A stretch of DNA of 64,000 nt from Minutocellus sp. GHC0000111 (lineage: Eukaryota). The stretch is from NCBI GenBank assembly GCA_977018835.1, contig OZ361257.1:744001-808000 (forward strand), given 5' to 3'. The position numbers and the translations under genes were made by a program. Below, in pieces: positions 45,758-59,400 of the stretch. Every line of letters begins with the position of its first letter. The first letter of the stretch is position 1. The notes beneath the pieces were generated by a model. The model saw only the letters and a program-made list of their open reading frames with translations. It was not told where the DNA came from and ran no database searches.

Positions 45758-48700
45758 TTATTTAACTTCGGCGTAGGATGAAATGGCAACATTATCGTCG
45801 GGAGATTCTTCTTCGTGAATTTGGGTGAGGCCTATGCACCTGCTCGGCCAGCCTTGCATGGTGCTATGTACCTGAACGCACTCGCCGGAGTAGACCAGAG
45901 TGTGTTCGAGTAACCTACTGTTCCTCTCCATGGAGGCGCCAGCGAGGAGTCGACTGGACGATCTCATTGTAGCGAAATCGTCTAGCCGAAGCATTTGGAG
46001 GGAAAACATTCCCTTGGTGTTGAGGTGGGATATGATCGATGCCTCATCAATTCCACAATTGTTGCCAATTACAACGCAGTCAGGCTCGGTCATCATCGGA
46101 TCTCCACCAGTGGGATACAGACATGTACCTTGGCCAATTTTGGCCCCAAGGGCACGGTAGTACATGTTGAGGTATGCCGAGCCTCGGATAAAGTCGAGGA
46201 TGCCACGTCCACCGAAGCCAACTTTCTGGCGAAGTCGCTCACCGCAGAGGAAGACTTGCCACCTCTGGCAGTAGCAACTCTCGTCCCATCGATAGCTTCC
46301 CGGAGATCTCTTCCCGATGACTAGCCATTTGATGCCGATAACTCCGAGCAAAGAAAGAATTTGGCTGGCTAAGAACATGCAGGGAAAGATGATGAGGAAG
46401 CAGACGGTGATGTCTGAGCCTCGGCATGTAGAAAAGTCACCAAGGTAGAGCCGGGTTAGTTGAAGCGACGCAATGATAGGACCCGCATGCCACATGGCAC
46501 ATAGAGCGTGCCAGATGTGATGATAGATGATGACCATCCACTCCCGGTATACGAAGTAGGGAGCCTTGAAGCCGTCGACGCGATGAAAGGCCTTGCCAAA
46601 GGGGCGCACGGTAGACTCTTTCATGGCACTATCTTTATCCAAGCCCCCAGGAAGTCGAACTGGCCTGTTGCCCTCGGATCCCACAAAGACGGATCCTGGT
46701 GGTGCGATGAAGTTCTTAGGCCCCAGTCCACCGCTACCGATTGTTGAGTTGCGTTTCATTTCAACGCCAGGGAGGAGGACGCAACGGTCGGCCACGAAGC
46801 AACCATCTCCAATGCGGACGTGGGCGGATTCCTCGCTGTCAGAAGTGAGAACAATGCTACGGCTACCAAAGACTGCATCATCGCCGACACTGAGGAGATC
46901 ATGTTCGGTACATTTGACGCCGCTTCCAGGCCAGTAGATGCGCTTGCCGACGTTGGCGCCAAGAAGACGAAGGCACCAGGAAACGGCCTCGTAATGCTTA
47001 CCGAGGAGGATGGTGACACCACCGAGCGTTCCAGATGGCAAAAGCTGAGCCATTATCCAGTGCCTGGTTGTGCCCCATCCACCAGTATTGTCCTTGGGAC
47101 CTGGTTTGAATGGCCCAATGATGACGCGCTTCACAAAGACGACGGCGAAGAAGTACATCCAGGGGCAAACAATCTCATTGACAGCCTTGATACCAAGGTA
47201 GAAGAGTACCCGTTGCCACTGAACGAACCAAAGGAAGACTGCCTGGACGGTCTCGAGATTCTCGTGGTACCACCACATGCGAGTGAGGACTATGAGCATA
47301 GCCAGGATCGGTAGGTAGGCGATGGTGTTGACAAGGGCGACAACCAAATATCCAACGGCCTTCCACAGTGGCTTCGGCTCTGCAAAGAGCATTGTGTTGA
47401 ATTGGTTGTTGGATGCGACATGATCGTCGACTGCATACGATGATGATTGTGGTCCGATAGACGAGTTGGGCTTCACGCGGGCACCTGGAGCAACGATGCT
47501 CCTCAGACCGACGGTGGAATCGCTGCCAATACTAATAGGTTCCAGCAGGATGGTGCCCCTATCAAGAGTGAATGGACGGACTGTAGCCTTGGAATCCAAG
47601 ACCACGCCATTTCCAAGCTCGATTAGATCGTACTCGCCCACATTTGCCCGTGTATCGATTACAACTCCTTTGCCGACCTTGGCACCCATTAATCGAAGAT
47701 AGAGCCTCAAGCCCGCATTGCTCCAATTGAATACGCCCCTACCACAGATGGCAAGAATTTGGTCACAAGTCCACCAGCGAAGATACTCAGCCGAGTAGTA
47801 AGGGTGACGGCCCTTCTTGTAACGACCGACGATGAGCCACTTGCATGCAATGCCGACGAATGGCATGATCAATCTGGCTGCAATGCGGGTGGTCGCTAGA
47901 GCGAGAAGAAGAGAAAAGTATCGATCGAGGGAATATGCCAGGTAGACTCTCCAAGTGTAGACAAATGCGATCCAAACAGCGCCTCGGCGAAGTGGTGCCC
48001 ATAGAAAGAGAGGAAGGATCTGCACAATAAGGGCGAGGAATATGGTTGGAGGTAGCGGGCGCATGGCCTTACGAGCATCGGCATCGAAGCTATCACGGAT
48101 CGAAAAGGCTGAGTCCGAGTCGATGTCACCATCAATTGAGGTAGCAATTGTCCTCTCGTCGTTCCTCGTCCTCTTGGAGGTACCGGTGGTAGCGGTGCTC
48201 TGACGACGGACATGGCCTGCCATATCTTCGAGCGTAGAGTTTGCAAAGACGTCGCTTACGCCCATACTAACACCGAATTCGTTTCGAATGGATGACGCCA
48301 ATTGGCCCGCCATAAGAGAACTTCCTCCCACTTCGAAGAAACTAGAACCAACGGAAAGATCAGACACATCGGACAAGTGCTTCTGCCATATCGCAGACAT
48401 TCGATGCTCAAACTCGTCACGGGGCTTCACGATACAGCAATTGGCACTCTCATCAGCATCGTCTACGACAGAAATCTTCTTCGCCGGGAATCTGACGCAA
48501 AGAGGAGTGCCCGCCGGTGGAACCTTGGCCTCGTACAGGCGATCGGCATCATCAATGTCGTCTGTCAACTCATTGAGTTCGATTCGTTCGGCGAATTTGA
48601 CACGTTGTGGTTTCCCGCTTCCAGGTCCCTTGGGAAGTTCGTCCACAAAGCAGATGATGGCAGGCCACTTGGACGGGTGCAGATGTTTGGCACAGAACTT

Positions 48701-51294
48701 CTTTAGCTTTTTCAGGGTTGGCCTCGGACGACCTTCCCTCATCACGAGGGCCACCCCAACGGTTTCCTGCAAAGTATCGTGCGGTGCAGCGAAGCATAGC
48801 GGCTTGAGAATATCAGGATGCTGAAGCAAGCACTCCTCGACCTCAAAGGGACTGATAATTTCACCGCCTCGGTTGATAACTTCCTTGCTTCTGCCGGTAA
48901 TGTACAAGTAGTCATCGGCGTCGACCCATCCGAGATCGCCCGTGTTGAACCACCCGCCGGCAAAGAAGGCATCGGCGTTTGCCTCCTCGTTTCCTTCGTA
49001 TCCGTCAAAGCACGGGGCTCCTCGAACGCAGATGTTGCCGATACTTCCTTGTGGGACCTCTGTGCCGTCATCCTTCAGAATCTTGACTTCTGGTCCAATA
49101 GGACGTCCTGACGATCCATGTCGCTCGAGTTGGTATCCTTGAGGAGGGGCAGTGATGGGCACTGGATCGAACGAGGTGGTGGGAAAGAGAAGCGGGGAGC
49201 AAAATCATTGTGAGATATGGGCGTGATGCACATGGGGTGGGGAATACAAAGTAGAGCCAATCATCCAATATCGGGTGGGGAGTACAAAGTAGAGCCAATC
49301 ATCCAATATCACTGTACTTACTACACTCGGTCATTCCATATCCGGGAAGAATGGAGCAATTGAAGGTTGTCTTCATCCTCTCCGCCAAGGCTGGTAAGAG
49401 AGCACCGGCAGCATTGGCAATGAATCGGATACCTGGATCGGCGGGGAGAGTTCCAGACTTTGCCCTGCTAGCAGCTTCTTCGACATATGCTTGGTGCATC
49501 GTTGGAGATGCATAATACCAAGTGCAGCGCCCTTTCTGACGATCTGCCGATAGAAGGTCCCAAAACAGAATGGGATCAAAGCCTGGACAGAGGACAACGC
49601 CACCTCCACTGAGAATTGGACTAAAGACATTTCTGGCAATTCCGCCTCTACGATTGTAGTGCAGCAAGAGGAAGAGCATTGTAGGATTAGGGTCGAAGAA
49701 CAAATAGATAAATAACATAGCTCTCACAACATAGAACTCGAGTGCCACCCTCAATTCACTTACATATGCGACAACGGCATCATGTTCAGATTCACGTCGT
49801 CAGGACGAAGGCCCCAGGACTTGACGATGCAAGCTGCACCGACCACCATGTTCGAAAGAGTGTAGGGAACGACCTTTTTCTTTCCAGATGTACCGCTGGT
49901 GAAGAGGACGAGGGCGTGGTCTAGGGGAGTGGTCATTTGATCCCTCACCGGTACTGTCTGGTTGGTGCCAAACTTTGCACTCGGCGACGCAATAGTGAAC
50001 AATCCGCAAGTCGATTTGGATGGAGTCAAATGAACGATAGGAATTCTCATTTGCTTAGCAGCACTTTCAATATGCATAGCACCTTCCAAGGCAATTACAA
50101 CCTTGGCATGGACGGCCTCCAGATCACGACGGAGTTCATCAGCGGTGCCATCGGGGTTTACAGGGACGGCACATGCGCGGCTGCATACAGTCAACAAGCA
50201 GATTCCGAGTTCAGGACCGTTGGGCATGGCAATACCAACACGATCGCCAGGCTCAATGCCGTAGTTCTTGGCAAGAGAGTCAAAATTTTCGATGAACTTT
50301 CGTAGACGAGAGTGGGTGAGAGATTCGCGCTTGTCGGATTCGGTGGGAAGGATAGCCGATCCGGTATCATCTGGTAGCAGATCGAGCAGGCTGGAATACT
50401 GCAATTTCTCTTTGATATGTTCACCGTTGATGGGATAATCCGGCATTTGATTTAGGACCCGCATCATTGGCGAAGCGTGGAGACTAGAATATTCGGTTTC
50501 GATGGATTCCGTTGGAGGACGCAACCCCAAAAGATGGGGGGGAGACGGCACTTTGCTCACGGCGACGAAGTTGTTTCCACTGTCAGCGCGAGGAGTAGTA
50601 GATGTGTGATCCTTGCGAGCGCCTTCGATGTCGTTTCGAAAATCGGCGATGGCATTGGTATTCAAATTGGCATTGAATGTGCTATCCTCGGTTTTTATGG
50701 TGCTTCCAAATGAATTGCTGAGGCAAAGACCAATATCGCGGTGGTCGACGTCGCTCTCGGTGTGGTCATCGGCACCACGGCTATCATCATACGACGTGTA
50801 TTGGCTCTTGGTCAGCGAAGATGTTGCGAGTCCAGTCGACGTCGACAGCCCCGCCCTGCTGAGTTCCGACTCAACGAGAGCCTTGCGGACCGCATCTGGG
50901 AGAGACGACCATGTCTTGAGGACGTTTGCTGGTACGGCAGCCTCCGAGAGCGATGGGATCATATCAGACAGATCCATGGGATGTGGCATCGGAGTGCTGT
51001 GACCCGAAGTATCGAGGCGTCGCTCGCCAGTCTCTTCGTCCCTGGAAGATTCGATTGATAAATGTTGTGTTTGTCGAGAAAGTAGATAGATGAATTTGTT
51101 GAGTTGAGTTTGGCGACAACTCGAAAATGACCCATTGACGACGAGACAAATCGATGGGTCATTATGTAGAAGAGGAAGACAATACATGCTGCAATGAGAG
51201 GTATTGAGAGTTGGATATGCACATGAAGAACTTACCACTTTGCCGCCAGGGCGAGATCCGAGGATCGCTTGCGAAAGTGTCGGCCGATCGTCAT
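45758..51294 (-). CDS. NRPS-like enzyme: adenylation domain + carrier (PP-binding) domain + Pls/PosA-type membrane terminal domain; exons 51294-51236, 51041-49764, 49647-49322, 49161-45758
   Basis: LFTSGTSGKKK, MPLSH|IGG, PGYGMTEC|MP, FNTGDLG, YITGRSKEVINRGGE, GKPQR; carrier FFEVGGSSL; three repeats of TM pair + K(W/R)xxxG + LGA(K/N)(V/I)G beta-helix. Three GT-AG introns restore one frame; exon 1 is least certain. Confidence 0.88.
49235..49310. repeat. 38-bp tandem duplication in intron 3 of the NRPS-like gene
   Basis: 49235-49272 vs 49273-49310, one mismatch. Confidence 0.95.
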
Positions 51295-51806
51295 GCTGGA
51301 TTTTATAGGCCTACTTGCTCTCTACTTTGGTGCGGGCGTGCGGTTGATGCGGGTCGATCGACGGCGCGAGCCTGTGGCGATCTCACTTCTGAAAGTTTGT
51401 TGGGTAGAGAGGCAGAGCTGAGCAACAGTACCTGGGTTGGAGAGCCCGTTGAGAAAGAGCTTGCTGCAATCTTTCAAAAAAAAATGAACCACAGCGCGAA
51501 GATGAGGTGCAAACCGCGTTTGTTGACCACAGACCCAACCCGATCGCCAACGAGAGGATGAGGCGCGGAGTTTTTGAGGCATTTGGGCGACCACGTCAGC
51601 CTCGGGGGCGAAAACCTCCAGTTTTGGTAGAAAAGGGGGAAATCAGGGAAAACTACGGGGGGAAACAAATATCTACTATGAAATTTTCTGAGACTGTAAA
51701 AAGAGATGTCTTTACTATCCATATTTCACAGAAATTTGCTTCAACATAACGGTTTCCTAAATAAATCGCAGCGGTTAAGGTGCGACGGGCGACAGAAAGA
51801 CGTAAA

Positions 51807-53045
51807 TCAAGCAACGAAATCTGTGAGGGCAAGAAACGGATTGTACCACGATGCCAAATACAAATGCTTTCCAAATTGTTCCGCTTCGGAAAGCCACGGA
51901 GCCGTCGCATTGAAATCTTGATATATATCAATCAAAGTGCCATCTTCTCCATACACGGCCAAAGCCGATAGCTTGGGGATGGCATTCACAATTGTATTGT
52001 AAGGGACCAACGCACAAAGAATACTCTTCAAAAGAGGCTTCTCGGACAGAGCCTTCAAAAGTGTAAATGGCTCGGCAAATCGCGAGCCATATCCAGCCCA
52101 GTAGCAATTTTGTTGCTTGCCGTTTGGCAGGTGATCCTTGGCATCAATATTGTCTCCGGTCCCTGCCATCACGCCAACAAAGGGCTCATTCATCATCTCC
52201 CTCCGTTCCAACGAATACTGTAATATTTGAACACCGGAAACCACCAATATATATTGCTTGTCGTGCGACAAGGCAAGTCCATTCGCCATGTAAAGATCCT
52301 CAGCTACTACCTCTACCCCCTTTCCTTTGCTATAGCGAAGAAGCCGACCAGTTGGACGACCATCGAAGGCGGCGTGGAATATTCGTCTTCGCTGAAAATA
52401 CTGTGTGGTTTCGCTGATATATACCGAACCATCTGGAGCCTGAACGATGCCGTTGAGGAGTTTAAATTTGTAATCCTTGGCATCGGTCTCGGCACGAGTT
52501 GCGAGGGTACGCATTTTGCCTCCATTTTCTTTGTCGGCGTAGATGCCAGATAAAATTTGTAGACCCTTGTAGGCATCCGCAACAACAAGTACATCTTCGT
52601 CTTCATCGTAGTCTGTATTGTCAATACTCGATCTTTTGACAATCTTCATCCCCAGAGGTCTTCCACATATTTCCTCCGTATTTGTTGTATCGGCTGGTCC
52701 GCCCTTCCCGCATTTCGCATCGTCTTCGCCTGTTCGCATTACCGTCGTCCACGACAAATCATCGTGATCGCCGTCTTCGGACAAGCGCACAATCCGCCCA
52801 TCTCCAAGACCGGCAAACATGTACTCGTTGTCATTATGCGTAGCAGTCGCCAAGGATTCGGGTCCGACGAGATCATCAATTCCAATCCGCTGAACTTTGC
52901 CTGTCAGTATTCCTTCGTTCGATGGAAATGTGGGGAGGGGTGGCAAGACGCTAACAACAGGTGAGACGCCTGTTGCAGACAAGCGATACTGAATGAATAC
53001 AGCAACGACCGCAACGACTACGATGAGAGTAGAGAGAATTGACAT
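51807..53045 (-). CDS. Strictosidine synthase-like / APMAP beta-propeller protein with N-terminal anchor
   Basis: GPESLA, GLGDGRIVR, EEICGRPLGM, VADAYKGL, TGRLLRY, LYMANGLALSHD. Confidence 0.9.
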   Translation of the reverse strand: MSILSTLIVVVAVVAVFIQYRLSATGVSPVVSVLPPLPTFPSNEGILTGKVQRIGIDDLVGPESLATATHNDNEYMFAGLGDGRIVRLSEDGDHDDLSWTTVMRTGEDDAKCGKGGPADTTNTEEICGRPLGMKIVKRSSIDNTDYDEDEDVLVVADAYKGLQILSGIYADKENGGKMRTLATRAETDAKDYKFKLLNGIVQAPDGSVYISETTQYFQRRRIFHAAFDGRPTGRLLRYSKGKGVEVVAEDLYMANGLALSHDKQYILVVSGVQILQYSLERREMMNEPFVGVMAGTGDNIDAKDHLPNGKQQNCYWAGYGSRFAEPFTLLKALSEKPLLKSILCALVPYNTIVNAIPKLSALAVYGEDGTLIDIYQDFNATAPWLSEAEQFGKHLYLASWYNPFLALTDFVA

Positions 53046-53417
53046 GGGTGGATGGGTTGGTTGGTGGGAGTTGGTTTGCTTCTTCCACGCGGTCCACGCG
53101 CATACATGTACACGTATCTTTACGGCCAGTTTCTTTTGCATTTTGCAATTTATTTGAGTCGAGTCGAGTCTCACGCTCGTGGTCTGTCCGCCACCTTGGA
53201 TCTTTTGACCTCCGGGTTTCCCAAAGAATCTTCACAAATCTTTGTCGGGTCGATGCGAACCGTCGACGGAACCGAACGCAAAACTGCCGACGAGAGCCGA
53301 GACATAGAACACAACCAACAACAAAGCACTCTCACCTACAAGTAATTCAAAACCCCACATATTCATCATTCAACAAACAAATCCATTGTGATACTACGCA
53401 ATACACCTACGCAAACA

Positions 53418-56400
53418 ATGCCTCCCCAACTTCGTCGTCGATTTGCACTGGCGGCGGCATTCATCGCGGCTACTTCTGGAGCAGTTTCGAGCAAACCGAA
53501 CCCGAACCAGAACACCCCCGCTGCTGCCTTTGTGATCCATCCCCATTCGCCAACCAAGGCTTTCCACCGTCCTCGTCCAGCCACTGTGCTGGATTTGCAG
53601 CCCACCGGCAATCAAGCCGCCGCCGATGGGATGGATCCAAGCAACCATAAGCAGTCGCCCACCAAGCTCGATCTCTACGTCGAAGATCAAATGACCGCAA
53701 CCGCCGCATCGACATCGTCCTCCACTGTCGTGGAAGACTACGTCAAGGCCCGCAGCGGCAACCTCCCCATCAAGAAGATTCTGATCGCCAACAACGGTAT
53801 GGCGGCGACCAAATCCATCCTCTCGATGCGCCAGTGGGCATATCTCGAACTTGGCGACGAGCATGCCCTCGAGTTCGTGGCCATGGCAACTCCCGAAGAC
53901 ATCAAGGCCAACGCTGAATTCGTTCGGCTGGCAGATTCCTTTGTGGAGGTCCCAGGTGGTAAGAATTTGAACAACTACGCCAACGTCGACGTCATCAGCA
54001 AGGTGAGTAAAGCATTGATATGATATTTTAATATTTCTTTCTCACGAGATATGCTGGTTTTATATATCATGTTGATCCTACCATTTGACGGTATAGTTAT
54101 GCTGTATCTCTAAATATCCAGAGACGCGCCAACAAAAGAAATCCCACCTCCATTTTTCTTTATTCCTTTTCTTTAATAAAACAATTTCCGTTCCACCAAT
54201 TATTCATTGCCCACAGGTCGCCCAAGAGCAAGACGTTGATGCTGTCTGGCCTGGCTGGGGCCACGCCTCCGAAAATCCCAAGCTTCCCGAAGCCCTTTCG
54301 GCAATGGGAATCAAGTTCATCGGCCCAACATCCCCCGTCATGAGTGTCCTCGGTGACAAGATTGCCGCCAATATCCTCGCTCAGACCGCTGGCATGCCCT
54401 GCGTTCCATCGTCTGGGACTTGGGGCGGTGAAAATGACGGACCACTTGAGGCCAAGCTCACAGACGAGGGCCGAATCCCTGACGAAACTTTCCAAAAGGG
54501 CAACTGCCACTCCGTCGAGGAGGCACTGGAAACTGCCCGAAAGATTGGCTACGAGAATGGTATCATGATCAAGGCCTCTGAGGGTGGCGGCGGCAAGGGT
54601 ATTCGTCTGGTCTACAACGAGGAGGACTTGCCCAACGCCTTTCTTCAAGTGCAGAATGAGGTCGTCGGATCGCCCATCTTCCTCATGCAGCTCTGCAAGA
54701 ACAACCGCCACATTGAAATTCAGATCGTTGGCGACGAGCATGGTAACGCCGTGGCCTTCTCTGGACGTGATTGCTCCACCCAGCGCCGTTTCCAGAAGAT
54801 CTTTGAGGAAGCCCCTCCAGCCATCGTCCCTCCCGAAACATTCCGTGAGATGGAAAAGGCAGCCCAAAGACTGACTCAGACGATTGGTTACCGCGGTGCT
54901 GGTACAGTCGAGTTCTTGTACAATGCCGACGAAAACAAGTACTACTTCCTCGAGCTCAACCCCCGTCTGCAGGTCGAGCATCCCGTCACCGAGGGCATCA
55001 ATCTTCCTGCCACCCAACTGCAATGCGCCATGGGTATTCCCCTTTACAAGATTCCCGAGGTGCGCCGATTCTATGGCAAGGAAGATATCTACGGCGACGA
55101 TGCCATTGACTTTTTGGAGGAAGACTACGCTCCCATCAACACCCATGTCATTGCAGCCCGTATCACCGCCGAGAATCCCAACGAGGGCTTCAAGCCTACT
55201 GCTGGATCGATCGAGCGCGTCAAGTTCCAGTCGACCTCGGACGTTTGGGGCTACTTTTGCGTCGGTAAGTTTTGCCGTGGTGCTGTCTTTATTTCCTATG
55301 CTACGACTAATTTGCAGGTGCCAAACAGCAGCTTCCTCTGACAATACTATTCATTCCTATCGAATGTCATCAAAATCCAGGCCCCAATGGTGGCATCCAC
55401 GAATATGCTGACAGTCAATTTGGTCATGTCTTCGCCAAGGCTCCTACCCGGGAGGCAGCTCGTAAGGCTCTCATTCTCGCTCTCAAGGACGTCGAGGTCA
55501 AGGGCGAGATTCGAACTACAGTTGAGTATCTACAGCAGCTACTGGAAACCCCAGAGTTCAAGTCCAATTCCGTCACAACTTCGTGGCTTGATGGCATTCT
55601 CAAGGAGAAATCCATGAAGGTTGAGAGACCTCCTCATCTCGTCGTCACTTCTGCAGCGATCTATCAGGCATTCCAGCACGTAAAGGTGAGAAAGAAGACC
55701 AAAATTGCGCGGATGATTTGTTTCCATGTTTATAACAATGGAGTATCTCACCAATTTTTCTATCTTTTCCACATCACCAAACATACAGGCCGAGACGAAA
55801 TCAATCGTCGATTCTTTCGAGAGAGGTCAAGTTGTCACAACGGAGATCCCAAGTATCAGCTCATTTGACATTGAAATTCCTTTCGAAAATGTCAAATACC
55901 CATTCCATGTCGAGGTTACGGGCCCCAGCACCTATCAGCTTTCGCTTGGTTCCAATCTTGTTGATGTCGAGCTTACTGAGACTGCCGATGGTGCGCTAAT
56001 AGCCAAATTTGGTGGTGAGACCCATCGTATCCAAGGAAGAGACGAGGCTCCTGGCCTTCGCCTTGTGCTGGATGGTGCCACCATCCTCATGCCCGACATC
56101 CTCGATCCCACCGAACTTCGTACCGATGTTACTGGAAAGATCGTCCGTTATCTCCATGAAAATGGGGCAGAGGTTGAGGCCGGTGAACCATACGTCGAGG
56201 TAGAGGCAATGAAGATGATAATGACAATGAAGGCGCAAGAGAGTGGTAAGATCACTCAAGCTCTCTCCCCCGGCACCGTGATTGGTGCCGGTGATTTGCT
56301 GGCTACCATGGAACTCAAGGACGCGTCCAAGGTCGATGCAGTCGAAACCTTCGATGGCACTCTCGACGTCCCTTCTGATACTGCCGAGGTCGATGCCAAG

Positions 56401-59400
56401 GCTGCCGTCGGCAACATCCTTGCTGGATACAAGGGTGATGTCGAAGCAGCGACAAGGGATGTCATTGCCCAGGCAGACGATATTGACGAGGCATCTTCAA
56501 TTGTTGTCGATGCAGTAAATGAATTCCTACGCGTTGAGTCATTATTCGCCAACAAGGCCGTCAATGATGCTGTACGTGAGCTCACCAAGGCGAACGCCGA
56601 TAAACTTGATGTTGTCATCTCTGACATCAGGGCTCACCAGGCACTCCCTCAGCGAGTCAAGCTTATTTCGGCCATGCTGCGCCAAGTCGATTTATTCTCC
56701 GATCGTTTCGGTGCACAGGAGATTCCAGAGAATCTATTGTCTAGCCTAGGGGACCTCTCTCAAATGGAAGGCAAAGCTTATGGGGAGGTTGCCCTCGCCG
56801 CTGATACAATCGTCCGTCAATCAAAAATCCCACCATTTGAAGAGAGAGTCGAAAAGCTCCGTACTCAGCTTCTTCACAAGCATGTCGATCTAGTCGAGAT
56901 GGCCGAGAGCCCCGAATTCAGCGCAGGCGTTGACATGTTGACATATTTGTTCTCCGATGATGACGATGCCGTCAAAGCTGCGGCGATCGAGGTCTACGTG
57001 AGGCGTGCATACCGTGCCCACCGTATCATTGACCTCAGCGTTGATGATGTCGATGGACGTATTGAGTGCACCTGGAGTTTCCAGTTCAAGGAAACTCCAT
57101 CTAAAGACACAATCGTCCGACACGGCTTGCTCAGCGTCCTACCTCATCTTGACCATATGGAGAAGGACCTCCCAAGTATCTTATCGGAATTCGGATAACA
57201 ATTCACCAACGAAGGCAAGGCCGTCAACGAACTCTACATTGCTTCCGCAGCCTGTAACAACGATATTGACGTCGAGACTGTCGAACCCATTATTGTAGGC
57301 CAGGAAAGAGAGCTCACCATGCTTGGAATTCGAAGTGCCAACATTCTTCTCCCCATCACCAAGAAGGATCCTGCCTATCATTGCTTCCCTCAGTCAAATG
57401 GCTACCAAGAGGACCCTCTTCGTCGAAATATGCGGCCCACGTGCCAACACATGCTGGAACTTGAGAGACTCGGAGAGAATTTTGAGCTCGAAAGGATTCC
57501 TGCCGTCGCCAACAACCGCCTCTACCTCGGGGCTGAAAAGACCGACAAGCCAACTAGAGGCGGTCCTCAGCAGGTTGTATTCCTACGAAGCGTGTCGAAG
57601 AAGAAGGGCCTCAACACGCTTGCTGGGGCCGAGCGTTCTCTTGTCCACGGCCTCGATGAGCTCGAGCGTGCCCAGGCCAACTCCAAGGTCAAAGCAGAAG
57701 CTTCGTCCCGTATCTTCTACCACTCTCTCGAAGAGCTCGCCGGTGTGACTCCGGAGGAGGCTGCTGCAAAGTTTGGTGAAATCATGGACACGCTTAAGAG
57801 CAAATTTGCCGACCGTCTTCTTAAACTGAATGTGGACGAAATTGAGACCAAGATTCGCATCGCAACTACCGACGCTGATGGCAATCCTACAATCGTCCCC
57901 GTCCGTCTCGTAGCATCCTCCATGGAGGGTGAGTGGCTGAAAACCACAGCGTACATCGAACATCCGGACCCTCTTACAGGCTTGACTAGGCAGTATTGTG
58001 TCGTCGGCGATGGTGGTGAGCAAATGTGCATCCTTGATCCCTATGAGACCTCCAACGTCATCCAGACCAAGCGTTCAATCGCTCGCCGTGTTGGCTCGAC
58101 CTATGCCTACGACTTCCTTGGCCTCCTCGAGGTCGGCCTTCTTGGTCAATGGCAAGCGTACACAAAGAGCCTCGGATACTCCGATGATAATCTCTCTTCA
58201 GTTCTACCTGCCGGTTTCTTCTCCTCTCAAGAACTGGTCGAGAATGAAAATGGCGAGCTCGTCCCCGGAACTCGCCCTATTGGTACCAACAAGGTCGGTA
58301 TGGTCGCTTGGAGAGTGACGATGAAAACTCCCGAGTACCCCGAGGGCCGTGATGTTGTCTTCATTGCCAACGATGTTACCGTCAAGAGTGGTTCCTTCGG
58401 TGTTCAGGAGGACGAAATGTACTACAAGGCTTCAAAGTATGCACGAGAGAACGGCTTGCCTCGAGTTTACATCGCCTGTAACGCCGGTGCTCGCATCGGC
58501 CTTTACGAAGATCTCAAGGACAAGATCAAAGTAAAATACTATGATGAGAACAGCCCCACGAAGGGGTACGAATACATTTACCTCAGCGATGAGGACTACA
58601 AGGCTCTTCCCGAAGGTGCTGTCAACGCCCACAAGGTCGACGAAGGCTGGGCTGTCGATGATATCATCGGAGAGGAGCACGGAATTGGCGTCGAGAACCT
58701 CCAGGGCAGTGGTAAGATCGCCGGAGAAACATCTCAGGCCTATGATGATGTCTTCACCCTCAGCTATATCACCGGTCGCAGTGTCGGTATCGGCGCCTAC
58801 CTCGTTCGTCTTGGCCAACGTATCATTCAGATGAAGCAAGGCCCGATCCTGCTTACTGGATATGCAGCTCTCAACAAGCTCCTCGGCCGTGAGGTCTACA
58901 CCACTAACGACCAGCTCGGCGGCCTCGAGATTATGGTCCCCAATGGCGTCACTCATTTGGAGGTCAGAAACGACCAAGAGGGGGTCGACGCGATGCTGGA
59001 CTGGCTGAGCTACGTTCCGAGCGAAGTCGGTGCTGCCCCTGCTTCTCGCAAGAGCTCCGACCCTATCGACCGCGATGTCAAGTGGCGGCCCACTCCCACT
59101 CCCTACGATCCTCGCCTCATGCTTTCGGGCACCGAGGATGCCGCCGGTTTCTTCGATACCGGTTCCTTCAAGGAGTACCTCGCTGGCTGGGGCAAGACGG
59201 TAATCGTTGGCCGTGGCCGTCTGGGCGGAATCCCGATGGGAGCCATTGCCGTCGAAACAAGAAATGTTGAGCAGGTCGTCCCCGCCGAACCCGCCAATCC
59301 TGATTCCACTGAGAACCGCAATCCTCCGGCTGGCAATGTCTTCTACCCTGATTCTTCCTTCAAGACGGCCCAAACAATTCGCGATATGGACAAAGAGGGT

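Noticed and set aside
10456..57198. Reassigned genetic code (TAA as sense) to explain the two in-frame TAA codons
   Set aside because: TAA terminates many genes here, including both ACC copies, and only two internal cases occur among thousands of codons.
57176..57219. Tiny intron removing the TAA in ACC copy B
   Set aside because: The segment aligns as coding sequence with copy A and the donor context is weak.
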